A DNA stretch of 64,000 nt, from assembly GCF_018977255.1 (NCBI RefSeq), contig NW_024704742.1, forward strand, positions 28,398,001 to 28,462,000. Reading direction: 5' to 3'. The translations under genes were made by a program, and so were the position numbers. The stretch is from Callorhinchus milii (lineage: Eukaryota). Position 1 is the stretch's first letter; every line of letters starts with the position of its first letter. Under the pieces are notes generated by a model that did no database searches, was not told the origin of the DNA, and worked only from the letters and a program-made list of their open reading frames with translations. Of the stretch, positions 1 to 12,689 are shown one piece after another.

Positions 1-729
1 TCTGGTGGATTTTAAAGATTGCATGATATGATTTGAAAAGAGTTGGGAGTTATTTTGTTGCCCTGACCCCAGATTAAGTGTCCATTTACCTTCATTTACT
101 TTTATGGGTCCTTGGGTTTGTGGATTCTTGTGTCCAAAATAAATCTTGTTTTTTTCCTATGAACACTACACTTGACAATAATTACAAGAGTACATGAAAC
201 ATTTCAACATGATGAGGCGCTACAAAAATCCACGTTGTTTGTGTTCCTCTATTTCATGTGGTTTCCATGGAGCACAAAAATCATGGAGGAAGTTATAGTG
301 CGAGACATTCTCAAAGTACTCTTGAGACATCAACCTATGTGAAGGAAAATGTTGTTGTGGTTGAGATACTCAGTAACAAACATGGGAAGGGAAGATGAGC
401 AAGTGCTATTTACTAACATTATAACCTTTCATTTCAAACCAACCCAATTATAATTATTCCATTCATTTAGACTGGGGAGTGGAGTGATATGTTTTGTATT
501 GAACTTTCCAACAACATTGATTCATTCTAAAACGTATATATGTTTCCAAACGTTTTCCTCTTCTTATACTAGAGCGTGATTTCACCAGCAGAACACCATC
601 AGTATGTTGTCTGAGTGGGAATGATTCATGCCTGAGCCTGGACAGTGAGTGTTGGCAAAGCTATAGGTGTTAATTGTGGCCTGCATCACATCTGAGCTAG
701 ATTGGGTCCTCAGGCATCTTATCCACTAC

Positions 730-980
730 TCAGATGAGACATTAAAGCGAAATCCCTTCTGTCTGTTCAGTTGATGGCACTGTTCATAAAGTGAAGGGAG
801 TTTCTCTCAGTGTCTTGGCCAGCAATCCTCCGCATAAAACTGGTCATTCACTTCATAGTGTTTCTGGGACACTGCTGTGTGCAAACTGGCTGTTGCGTTC
901 ACCTTCAATCACTAAACTCTGCAGTAAATCATGTGAAGCACTTTGACATGTTTCAACAATGCAACGATTATTATTATTAA
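730..980 (+). mobile_element. 5'-truncated old Deu-domain SINE (SacSINE1-like)
   Basis: gatgagacattaaa...ggagtttctctcagtgtcttggcc...gggacactgctgtgtgcaaactggctg, ending in (tta)n; homologous to 5354-5700 and 61370-61760. Confidence 0.7.
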
Positions 981-3049
981 TATTATAATACTTACATGTG
1001 CACAGTGTGCAACCTGGATAATGATTGGAAGTGGATCTCTGGTTCATTTATTTTTATTCAACCCACTGCCCCCCACACCACCCCAAACGCTAAGATTGGG
1101 TGTAATGCTACCCACTTTCCCACCTACCAAATTTGTTGTGGCACAATGAAAGATTAGTGCATCTGCTGTATATTAGAAATTATGAATGATAGGCAACAAA
1201 ACTGCTTCACCATATCCATTTACCATGCGCAGGCACTATCTAGAGTGTTTTGTCTCTTTGGTGTCAGAGTGTGTTGCCTACAAATAAGCGTAATGTACAC
1301 CAAATTAACAAGGACAGCGAGCTGCAGCTTACTCAGGCTTCACAGCTCAGAGTAAGTACTACTTTAATTTTTAATTTCTTAAAGGGATTAAGTTCTTCCA
1401 AGTCCCTTTGTAGGTACTTGNAAAAAAACACAATCAGTTCTTTAAGGTAGAACAAATAAAGCATGAGGTGGAAACAAATTGGGATTATAGTTAGCTTTAC
1501 TTGCGGAACTAGCAGTAAATAATATTAGGCTTATTGGCTTGAATGGTCTTGTATTGTTCTGTGACCAGTGATTCCATGGAGAGCAATATTCTTTCACAGT
1601 ACTTGGAAATTAAAGAATATTTCCGCATAGAAGGATACCATTCAGTCCAACCCACTGGCTGGCTGGTTCTCTCAAGGATTTATCCATTTAGTTCCACTTT
1701 TTCTACCTTTTCTCACACCCTTCTACATTTTTCTTTTTCAACCATCTGGCTATTTTATTGCAAATAAAATCAATAGAATAGAATAGAATCACTTGGCCAG
1801 TGCTGGTGCATTTATTTAGGAATCTAAGCATCTATTCACTTGTCCTCTTATTCAGAGCCTTTGAGGTCAACAGTGCTTCTGCTTGCTTTTGTGACTTTAT
1901 ATCAGCAAGCTTCAAGTGTTATATGAACGAATGCTCATGATGTGTTCTGTAGCAGTGGAAGTGGAGGTGAAGATATCAATCAGTGAGACTCAGGACCCTG
2001 TGTGACAGGGATGATTGGAGGCCAATGCTTGTTAGCTCCCTTTAAACGTAGGTTGATCACCAATAACCATAAAAAGGCAGTGATAGGGTTTATCCCTCAG
2101 TCACGCCCTGGCATTCTTTCAAACACTTTCAAACCCTGTGGTCCATTGGAAGAAACCTCCATCAGAATGAAAGAGGTGAACTAGATGACAATGGTGTATC
2201 TTTCTTTCTTTCTCCAACTTCAAAAATAAAGTAATTGACTGGCTGCACCTTTATGATAAAGAAAACAAGTGGCTGACTTATCAATGATAAAGAAACAATA
2301 GGAAAGATGGAAGTAGGAAGTAACAAAGGGAAAAATGTCAATGTTTTGCTGAATCTGATAAGATTAGGTAAATCTGTCCTGTCTTATGTGAACATTATTT
2401 GCAATTTGCAGAGTAAGCATCTCTGATTTCCCACAAGCAGATGAAGTCACTCTGCTCATGTTGTGTTGCTATTTCTATTGGCTGCTGCAGAGACCATCAG
2501 TTTCCTGAAGATACCTGTAAGCAGATTCCAGATTGTTGGAAATACATTCTGAGATAGCAGCAGTGCAGAAGGAATCTTTTCTAGAATAATCATTTCTCAC
2601 AGACAGAACCGTGGATAAATTGTGGACTCATAAGATTGCTAACATTCTCCTGAGACAGCTGTTCGGTTTTCTGGAGACACAGGGACCATTACCCAAATAC
2701 CCAGCATTTGAAGTGAAGGCTTCTTTTATTTTGTCAGCACACTAAACAACGTTAAGTAGAATTTTGATTATCCACCTCAATATTCTATTTCACGCACCTT
2801 TGCCCACACAGAACAATTTAATATATAGCTCTGTTTCTTGCAAGTTAATGTGATGCACACAGGGTTGCTTGCACAAGATACGCTTTACATCTCAAAGCAC
2901 TTTTTGTTTCTTGCGATTACACTGTGGTTCCCATTCAGGAGCCTTTTAAACTGAGAATCGAAAGAACATCATTAAAGTACACCCTTAATTTGCACGAATG
3001 TGCTTACAGTGTCGTGTTGTATGTAAATTAGTAAGTGGAATCTGTGGCC

Positions 3050-3276
3050 ATTCACTTTACAATATATTCTGTGAAGGGCTTTGAGACATCTCGAAGACAT
3101 GACAAAGCGTTATATCAAATCCAAGGATTATTTTTAAAATTAAAGCATCAATTGAGAGGGTAGAGACCTCTCAATTCATACTTTAATATTAAAAATAATC
3201 CTTACATTTAATATAGTGCCTTATCACGTCTTTGAGACATCTCAAAGCCCTTCACATAATATAGTGTGAAGTGAAT
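3050..3276. repeat. Long inverted repeat (fold-back), 110-bp arms, 7-nt loop
   Basis: 3050-3159 pairs ungapped with 3167-3276 (93/110 by manual count); loop gtagaga. Confidence 0.9.
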
Positions 3277-3559
3277 TGACTATATATTTTGTGAGAGGAA
3301 TATGGCAGTCAATTGCACACAGCGGTGTCCCACAAACAGTCGTGGATTGAATGAACAACTTTTTTAAAAAATGAAGGAATTATTACCCCCCGGAAAAGCG
3401 ATCTACCGATCGACTAACAACCAGGTTCCTACTTACTGCTAGGTAAACAGGGGCGTGTGGAATAAGGAAACTTGCACAACATTTCGCCCTGGTGGGAATC
3501 AGACTCAGGTCTCTCACTTGTGAGGTGAGTGTTCTAACCGCTGAGCTACAGGACTCCAC
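3195..3559 (-). mobile_element. Full-length tRNA-derived Deu/L2-tail SINE, long subtype
   Basis: Minus strand reads gtggagtcctgtagctcagcggttagaacac head, an extra central module, the Deu-like ctgtttgtgggacaccgctgtgtgcaattg, and a gagatgtctcaaagacgtgataagg tail. Confidence 0.85.
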
Positions 3560-4687
3560 AGTCCTGTAGTATTAAATGATTATGCACATTTAGCAGACCT
3601 AGATTATTGGTTTTATCTGTAATTAGCCTCATTGATCTTGTCTGAAATATTTAGTTGAATTTGGGTTCATGTTTCCCTAACAGACACATTACCTCAACAT
3701 CTGAGTTGTGTCTGATACTTATGTGGCATCACAACCAATGCAACTTCATTTTTTCTTCCCATTTGTCACATTGAAAACCCCTCATTGATGGATGGGCACT
3801 TTTTCAAGCAATATGTCAGATACCTTTATGCATATCTGCCATAAATGTCTTTTCTATTTCTGCTACAGGATTTTGCATGCATTATCCTAAATAATGTTCA
3901 TGACTCATTGCATTATTCACTAACGTATTTGTTATTTGAGGGTAAACTCCCTTGGTTTCTCTCTTCAGGGCATGCACTTGCCTACAAATACACAACCACT
4001 GCCCTTTACAGTAAATCCTGTGAAGCTATTTAAGATGTTTCACCAATGTGATAAGATGCAATGTCAAATGTAAGGATTTTTGAAAAAATTATTTGATAGC
4101 AGCCATATTGCTTGGAAGCATCTTACTTCCTTTTCCCTTTTGCCTACAAAATAATTGACTACAAAAACAGTCACTACACTTAACCATGATTGCTTGTGAA
4201 GCACTTTAAGCAATTTTGATGTGGTGAGGCACGATAAAAAAAGGTTCTTTCCTTAGTGGAAGCCTTTTTGAAGTGGCTTCTAGGAGGTCAATTATGGCTA
4301 AATCCTATGGTTTCTTTCCTCACAAGGGCATCAGGAAGCTGTTTTCCTATAGAAGTGCCCTAGGCTTCTGCTCAGCATTTCCCCCTCAGATATCTAGGTA
4401 AGACCAAAAGCACCATGAGATCCTAAGTAACAACCATGATCAAAGTCAGTTTGGCTCAGTTGGTTATACTCTTGCTTCCAGGTTAAAACTTTGTGGATTA
4501 ATGCCCCACACCAGGACTAGATTTACTTGTTCGACTATTGCATTGCCTGAAGCGAAAAGCAGAGGAAGTTAACTATCAGTTAAAAAGAAATAAGTCAGAA
4601 GAACTTATTTATTGAAATGCATGAACAAATACCACAGCAGTTGAGTCTAAGTCAAACCGAGAGCACAGCAATAGCTCTGGTAATAAC

Positions 4688-5070
4688 CAGTTTGACTCAG
4701 TTGGTAATACTTTGCCTCCAGGTCAGAGGAATTATGGATTCAAGCACCACCACCAGGTGCCATCCTGGAAAATAAGACTTTAAACTGAGGTCATGTCTGC
4801 TATTTCTGGTGGTTGAGGAAACACTTTAAGGATGCACCAACCTATGTGAAAGAATAGGGAGCTGTCCATGTATCCTGGCTACTATTCCTATCTCACTCAA
4901 ATTCACCAACAAAACAGATTAATTTATTGCCGATTGTGACTCACTACTTTCACAGATTAGCTGCCATGTTGGTCTACATGACAGCAGTCACTCAACTGCA
5001 TACGTTATGTGAAGTGCTTTGAGATGTTTCATTCTGATAATTGATTATATCAAATGCAAGTATTATTTAT
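4688..5070 (+). mobile_element. Degenerate SacSINE1-like SINE (a second head fragment lies at ~4447-4560)
   Basis: tRNA-like head gactcagttggtaatac, body taaactgaggtcatgtctgc, tail gtgaagtgctttgag...tatcaaatgcaag. Confidence 0.65.
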
Positions 5071-5353
5071 GTATTACTTATTTCTAGAACCCACATCCAA
5101 AAACTCTCTGCCACTGCCTCCTTTAACACACTAATGTTTGCACAGCCATTCATTAAATAGCTCAACATGAAATCTCTCTTTGTGAGTTGCATCAGCTGGA
5201 ATTTTTTTAAACATTTACCACAAGAAACTTTTTTTAAGTTGATGAAACATCAGAATTTAAAAACATGACTCATTACATATCTGTTTTCAAGCATTTCCAA
5301 ACATATTTGCTCAACAACTAATTTTCCAGTATCGTGCTACAGTAGTGTTAACA

Positions 5354-5701
5354 TGGCTCAGTTAGTAGCACTTTCACCTCTGAGTCAAAAGGTTGTTGGT
5401 TCAAGACTAGTGAACTTTGACTTTGAACTCATAGTTGAGGCTGACAATCCACTGCAGTGCTGGGAATATGCTGCATTGTTGGAAATATCATCCTTTGGAT
5501 AAGATATTAAACCGAGATCTCTTCCGCCTGTGCAGGTCGCTAAAGATTCCATGGAACTATTTGATAAGAGAAGGGAGTTTCTCCTGGTGTCTTCACCAAC
5601 AATTAAATTGGTCATTCACTTCATGGTGCTTTGCAGGACATTTCTGTGCATACATTTGTTGCTGCAGATGCTTTCGCCTAAAATTACACAGTCCTTCATA
5701 G
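5354..5701 (+). mobile_element. SacSINE1-like SINE, 5' part (3' tail continues at 6452-6540 after the LTR insertion)
   Basis: ggctcagttagtagcactttcacctctgagtcaaaaggttg head and Deu body; the tail resumes at 6456 (taaactcc...aaatgtaaggataattatt). Confidence 0.8.
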
Positions 5702-6451
5702 TTAGAAAATAAAATTAGCCATAATCCGTTTGCAACCAGATATCTGACTGTTTTATTATTATTCGTTCGTTATTCCCCAATATCCCGATGGGTCTGACCA
5801 AAGGCCAGTACAATCAACAGATCTTATAACAGAACAATACCACCGTAGATACCTCGAGTTCAACACTGTGTCTTTACAACACACAAGCTTGATTCTTCAT
5901 GCTTTCAGTCTTCTTGCTTACAGCTTTCAATCTTCCATCTGAAATCATCAGTCTTAGTGTTTCTAGTTCTCAGTCTTCCATCTCCCGTACCCTTGTCTCC
6001 GCAGCCCGGATGGCCCCATGTCCCATATCCTTGTCTCCGCAGCCCGGGACGGCCCCATCTCCCGTATCCTTGTCTCCGTGACCCGGGACGGCCCCGTCCA
6101 TAAAGTTAACGGAACTCTTATACCGATGTTCGTCCAATCATGGTGTGGACATTAGATCACCTGCCGAAATCATGCCGGGTTCACGTGAACACCTCATGGG
6201 GTGTACGTGCCTCAGCGCACATACACATTGTCCTTAATTGTCTAAGATAGAGGAATTGATCAGTTTAGGGCTGTATCTGGTGCTCATTATTTTGTGGTGT
6301 GGGATCATTAGTACATTTCTTTTAAGTGACTGGTTATTTCTTATTAGTATCCCGGGATGGTACCAAGGTCCTCTAGTTTTAGCAACTTGCTCAAACCCAT
6401 TCACAACATCTATTATGATTCTAGCAGTATACAAAAGTGTATATTCTAACA
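5702..6451 (-). mobile_element. Probable solo LTR (~750 bp) inserted in a SINE
   Basis: Ends gttagaaaata...tatattctaaca are imperfect inverted termini of TG..CA type; ATAG duplicated at 5698-5701 and 6452-6455; CpG-rich. On the minus strand there is a TATAAG at ~6117-6122 and an AATAAA at ~5752-5757. Confidence 0.65.
5978..6096 (+). repeat. Three tandem copies of a ~39-bp GC-rich unit inside the LTR
   Basis: Unit ccatctcccgtatccttgtctccgcagcccgggacggcc repeated 3x with few changes and no spacers. Confidence 0.9.
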
Positions 6452-7697
6452 ATAGTAAACTCCTATTAAGCCTTTTGAGAGGGCATCTCGATTATATGAT
6501 CAGGCTCTAAATAAAATGTAAGGATAATTATTATTATTACTTTGAAATCTCTTATTTTTTACTTTTGATCAGTTGGGTATGTAACACAAGTGGAAGTCAT
6601 TACTATGCTTAAGTGTCCAAAGTAAATGATTGAGAGTTTTGATGTGTATTTCAAATCTCTTGTATAATCAGAGCATCCCAGAAGTTGGCAATTTCAAGCG
6701 TGAAGTTTTACATTCACAAACTAATTACACACGGTTAGAATGAAAACTGTTCCTGATTGGAAGCAGAATTTCATTCTTGAGAAGGTGTGCATCATTTAAT
6801 ATGTTCAGGCAATATTATTTAGCACTCCAGGGAGTCTTGTTATGCAGTGCTGTACACCTCCCTTTATGGGCAAAATTAAAATTGTACTACATTTGCATAG
6901 AAGCAAAATCCTTTTCTGTTACATTTTGAAATGTGAAGACATTTTATCTATGAATAGATAAATTGTTCTATATGCCTTCTCAGCTCCCTTCCTTAGTTTG
7001 TTTCTGTACATAATTTTTGGAATCCGTTATGGTGGGCCAAGAAGCAGAGCTCAAGGCTGCATAAATACGACAACAATTTGGAGAAATTTAAATCACAATT
7101 AGTTGTGAGATTGTGTCATCAATGGATCAAAGAATAAATTTACTGACCGGGATTTGAGATCTTATGAAGGAAATTGCCTGAGCATTTTAATCCCTTTTTT
7201 GGGGATCTTGCTTGTAGACTACTAGTCTTATTGATGAAATAACTAGGCATTTTGGTTAATCATCAAAGATGCCTATTGATTACTGAGGATCTGCCTTCCT
7301 TTAATAGATTCATCTAATTAGAATCAGCTTTCAGTCTCAAATCTAGTGCTCAATTGACTGAGCTAGAAATTAGTTCACTGATGTTTATTTGGTAACCTGA
7401 AGCCTTGAATCATGTTGGTGACTATAGTTGGAACAATACATTGAAGAATAGTATATTGGTTGATCACAAGATTAGTTTGGATTAAGATGGCCCTTCAGCC
7501 CATCTGATCTCATTCCTCCAGAATTCCCATCATGTCCTCACATCACAGAATCAAGGCATCAAGCTGCTTTTTAAAGGGATCCAATGTCCCAGCCTCAAAC
7601 ACTCCTCCTAGTAACCTGTTCTCATTGTTAATTAACCTCTGGGGAAAGATGCACAAACCCAATGAAGATTTTAGCCCCATTTTTCTCTTCCTGCTTT

Positions 7698-8013
7698 ATA
7701 ATAATAATCCTTGCATTTGATATAGCGCTTTTCACGTCGGGAGGACGTCCCAAAGTGCTTCACAGAATATACTGTAAAGTGAATTGACTGTATATTTGTG
7801 AGCGAATGCGGCAGCCAATTGCGCACAGCAATGTCCCACAAACAATCGTAGATTGAAAATGACCAATTTATTATTGTTTTTGGTTTTGGAGGGATTATTA
7901 TTAGGTGTGTGGAGTAAGGAAACTTGCCCAAGGTTTCGCCCTCTGCCTGGAATTGAACTCAGGTCTCTCGCTTGCAAAGCGAGTGCTCTAACCACTGAGC
8001 TACAGGACTCCAC
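7698..8013 (-). mobile_element. Young full-length tRNA(Ala-like)-Deu-L2-tail SINE, short subtype
   Basis: Near-identical to 27515-27837 and 53376-53704. A box tagctcagtgg (7992-8002), B box gagttcaattcc (7949-7960), (tta)n end. Confidence 0.92.
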
Positions 8014-8929
8014 AGAGCTTTGGGCTCACAATGGGAAATGTGTCATGACCTTCTGTCTTGACGAGTGTGGCTATCAATTAGACCTGCAGTAGTACGTGGA
8101 GTTAATCGTTGTCTCACAACTATTGATAATATTGGGCTAACTAAATGCTTTCACAGGAAACTTAAGCAGATATCCCAATATTTTGTCTTACTGAATGTAT
8201 ACTGCATGTGTAGTTGAGAGAGCCAGCAAGCTGATACACGATCAAAAAAAATCTCAAATTATCTTCATTATCAGGAGAAAAAGAAACATTCCGTCCTTTT
8301 GATGCAATGGAAATTAATCTATGGCGGTTCTGATTCAAACAGGTTTGCATCTGGTTATGATTCACAGGAAATTGAGGGCAAAATTCCACATGGGCAATTA
8401 TCAGTACAGAGCATGTGTGATTAGTATATTCATAGTACTATTTGGAGCCAGGTTTCAAAACAAGTACAAGTTTGTACTGAATCATTGGAAACAATTAGGC
8501 ACTGATACAAGTCCTGACCACACCAGTTTATTGGTATAAACATGATTTGCATCACCACAGATAATACTTGCATATGACATCAAAGGATGTAATTAATTCA
8601 AACTAGTGGAAAAACAGCACAAATTCTTACAAGGGTACAGTGACCAAGGCTCTTAACATCCAAACTTATTTCCAAGCTCAAAGGCCTTTACTGCACTTCC
8701 CCTCTAACTGATACACTGCACCCTGTGATTTCACTGACACCCACATCCAGTTGCAATAACATTTCCATATGGAATCTTCTTGGATCCGAAATTGCACTTA
8801 AATAACATCAAATGGATCTTTTGCTAGGAACATTATTGTACTTCTGCCATTTATTCCAGCTTTTTGACATACCCAGAGGTAGTTATCCTTTTATAAAAAT
8901 ATCTGTCCTCAGAACACACCTGAACATAA

Positions 8930-9355
8930 TAACTGTTGTATTTGTCATAGTGCCCCACCAAGTTGTCAAGAAGTCTCAAAGTGTTTTACTGGAATTTCTG
9001 CAAAGTGTAGTCACTGTGTATTTTTAGGTGAATACTGCAGAAAATTTGCTCACAGTGGTATCCCACAAACAGCAATGAAATAGATGACTATTTTTGGATT
9101 ATCAGCCAGATCTGTGGGAGAAACTCCTCTCTTTTTCATTAGTGCTATGGGATCTTTAATGTCTACATGAACAGGCAGATGAGACCAAATGGTTTCACAT
9201 CACATCCAAAGGTTTACTCCTCAAACAATGCAGTTCACCCCCAGTGCTGCATTCGAGTGTCAGTCTAGAATGTGAAATCAAACCCCAACATGTGGCTTCA
9301 ACCCACAACTTTCTGACTCACAGGCAAAAGTGCTCCTGTTTAAACTAGACTGACA
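8930..9355 (-). mobile_element. Old SacSINE1-like SINE
   Basis: Reverse complement of the Deu body (tcccacaaacagcaatg, tgggatctttaatgtc) and of the head (acccacaactttctgactca). Confidence 0.7.
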
Positions 9356-10030
9356 CCCTGAAATGACACAATATGATTAGATGGAGTTCATTTTCTTCAT
9401 TCAGTTTCTGCTTTGGTGTGTCTACGATTCACTATGCCGACCACAGAATGCGAAGCAAATCAAACGTTGAGATAAACCTAACAACAGACTGCAAAGACAA
9501 CATGATACAGACTCATAAATATCCCACAGCTGGAATGAAATTCAAACTCTCCAATAGATTTCAAACAGAACTATTATTTTCAGCTCATGTACTACCTGTC
9601 AAAACAGTTGGAAAGTTTTGGGGAAGAGATAAAACGGAATTGCATACATCCAAAGAGATATTATTTTTTTTCTGTGCATTCATGCTATAGTTTCATTTTC
9701 CTATCAAAAAACAGGTGCATCCAAGTCAAATTGAATCAAATTTCAGGCATTCATAAAAAGAACCTTATTTTTGAAATATTTCTGTGTTCAGAATTTGGAT
9801 TAGTGCTTATCCCTACAAGATTTGTATCTAAGGAGATACAATTCTCACTCAATATATACTCTCCTTAAAGGACCTGCCAGGCTCTGAGCATTTTTGTATC
9901 ACCTGCGGGATGGTTGTCTTTATACGATCTTGTTTGTTCTAATGAAAGCTTACAACATGCATATATCTAAGTTATGCATCTGAGGCCACATTATCCAGAC
10001 TACAACTTAGTTTCAAGTTTCACACGTTAA

Positions 10031-10678
10031 AACAACAACTTGCACTTATATAGCGCCCCTCCCCCCACGCAAGGTAGTGTCTCAGAGCGCTTAACAGTGG
10101 CGGAGTCTGACTCCAAGTCGGGGGGGCACGGGGAGGTGGCCGTAAGCACGGTTGAAAAGGAAGGTTTTCAGGCAGGAATTGAAAAAAGGGAGAGGGGGAC
10201 AAGGTGGAGGGATTGAGGGAGAGTGTTCCAGAGTTTTGGGGCGTAGTGGCTGAAAGTGAAAACTCCAATGGTTGAGCGGAGGGTGCGAGGGACGAGCAGG
10301 AGACCGCTGCCAGTCGAGCGGAGGTGCCAGTTGGTGGATTGGAGAGCGAGGACACAGAGGTAGGGAGGTGACAGAGAGCGAAGGAATTTGAACACAGTGT
10401 GAGCATCTTGAAATCGGTCCGTTCAGTCATGGGGAGCCAGTGGAGGCTGGCCAGAACTGGTGAGATAGGGGTACGGAGTTTGGTCCCGGTAAGTATGCGG
10501 GCTGCAGAGTTCTGAATGAGCTGGATCTTTTGAATAGTGGAGCTGGAAAGATAGGCAAAGAGTGCATTTCAGTGATCCAGGTGGGAGGTGACAAACGCAA
10601 GCACAAGGTTTTCGGCTGTATTTGGGGTAAGGTACGGTCGGAGGTGGGCAGTGTGGCGGAGGTGGAAGAAGGCGGTCT
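10031..10678 (-). mobile_element. L2-clade LINE, 5'-truncated 3' end
   Basis: C-terminal ORF2 remnant (IQLIQNSAARI...LRSTGSGLLLVPRT...FSHYAPKLWNTLP), (ttg)n tail. Confidence 0.88.
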
Positions 10679-11119
10679 TTTTAAAAATAAAAATGCACCA
10701 TTGCAAGTTAATTCAGAAAGCTTACTGTTGCAGCTAAAATAATATTTCCTGTACTGTCTGATATAATTCATTGAAACATTTTGACTTGCATATAAATGGA
10801 TATTACCCAGTGATTACATTTAGGATAATGGATAGATAGTCGAAAGTTGCAAAGGCTGCAATTCAGTTGAGTAGTTTTGATGAGCCCTCCAAGTAGTTCA
10901 TGTACATCAGTAGAATCCTGACATTGGATTATATATGTAAACTCACTGGTGGCTATATTATGTGTCATAAGGTGTCCTCAAAAATACTCCAGTTTTTTTA
11001 TACTATTAGGAGTGGAATTTGCCTTGAGTGACTGTATAGAATATGGTGCATGATAAATTGCCATGAGGTATGTGAAAGTTGAGCTGAATGCGATGCCTGA
11101 TTTGAAAGTGCAGTAATAT

Positions 11120-11695
11120 ACAACAACAACAAAATTGCATTTGTATAGAGCATTTCACATCAAGAGGACATCCCAAGGCGCTGGAAAATCAGTGTTTTGG
11201 ACCCAAGCTGGGGGTCGGGATCAGGGAGGGTCGGTAGCAAGGTGGGGAGGAGGGTGTCCGAAGGCACGGTCAAAGAGGAGGGTCTTGAGACGGGTCTTGA
11301 AGGAGGCAAGGGAGGGGGTGAGATGGAGGGACTGCGGGATGGAGTTCCAGAGGGTGGGGACAGAGTGGATTAAGGCCCGCCCATCAATGGTGGGCGAGAC
11401 GGGAGACGTGAAGCAGGCCCGAGTCCGCTGAGCGTAGGGAGCGGACAGGTTGGTAGGGGGTTAGAAGATTGCAGAGGTTGGGGGGAGCAAGACCATGGAG
11501 GGCTTTGAAGGTGAAGATCGGGAGCTTGAACTGTATCCTTTGTGTGATGGGAAGCCAGTGGAGTCGGGCGAGGGTGGAGGTGATAGGGTCGCCGAGCTTG
11601 GTACAGGAGAGACACGGGCTGAGTTCTGGATGATCTGCTGTCTATGGAGGGAGGAGTTGGGATGGCTGACAAGCAGGGAGTTTGTGTACTTGAAT
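11120..11695 (-). mobile_element. L2 LINE 3' fragment
   Basis: QIIQNSAR...; aaggctctccatggtcttgctcc-type sequence; stem-loop tail and (ttg)n. Confidence 0.88.
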
Positions 11696-12405
11696 ATAGT
11701 GTCATTTGGCAAAGGTTTGATGTTCTGATTTTTTTTCAATCAGGATTGTCCATAAACTCAATTATGGACAAGTGGAGCAGCAAAGCCAGTTGATGCTGTA
11801 TTGATTAATGCTTTCAAAAAGAGGGCAGCATGAATCTCTGGTCAGAAGTAGGATTGGAGACTTTAGGTATCATAGATAAATACTTCATGGGACAATCTTC
11901 TTGGTCATTGTGTCAGACAAAAGACTTGTAATGAATAATGAACATGAAACTGGACAATGCTCCAGACTTCTACTTTCTTACCTTCAACTGTCAATAAGTA
12001 ACTATGCAGAATGTCCCTTAGGAGATTAAATAGATGGAGTGGAGTTCATGCCAAGATGCGTTGTACATGGCCTGTAAATGGATAAAATTGATGGAATGCA
12101 ATGATTCGTTCTGACACATAGGGGTAAAAATGCCACCTAGGTTTAGATTTATTATATTTATGTAGCATTGCAGAGAATTCAGAGTTTGGTAGATTGTTAA
12201 ATTTGGTCTTAGATGTAAAGCCACTATTTTATAGTTCTACAAAAGGAACTTACAGAAAAATGACTTCAAAATTAAGGTTGTATTTATGAATTTTACAAAT
12301 TCACCACAGTAAAGCACGACTTAAAATAAAATAATTCTAGACCCAATGGAAATTTCTGCCCCATTTTTTTGTTATTCTTAAACTATTAAAATACACTAAC
12401 TTCCA

Positions 12406-12689
12406 TTCCTATAGCTCAGTAGTTGGAGCACTCGCCTCTCAAGCGAGAGACCTGGGTTCCATTCCGGGCAGGGCAAAACTTTGGGGAAGTTTCCTTCCTC
12501 CACACGCCTCTGTTTACCCATTGGTCACTTCAATTCGAGACTGTTTGTGGGACACTGCTGTGCGCAATTGGCTGCCGCGTTTCACCCACAAAATACACAA
12601 TCAATTCACTTTACAGTATATTTTATGAAGAGCTTTGAGACATCTTGAAGACATGATAAGGTGCTGTATCAAATGCAAGGGTTATTATT
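12406..12689 (+). mobile_element. tRNA-Deu SINE with partially deleted central module and old-type tail
   Basis: tagctcagtagttggagcactcgcc head; ctgtttaccca remnant; tail gagacatcttgaagacatgataagg. A second tail follows at ~12700-12790. Confidence 0.85.

Noticed and set aside
1421..1421. Single N base
   Set aside because: Assembly ambiguity beside an A-run; no biological meaning.
5978..6096. CRISPR-like array
   Set aside because: Head-to-tail repeats without unique spacers, no cas genes, vertebrate context.
7671..7931. Recurrent MGKFPYSTHLIIIPPK...CKDYYY peptide (also at 27597 and 53456)
   Set aside because: A fortuitous frame in the SINE consensus, with non-ATG starts.
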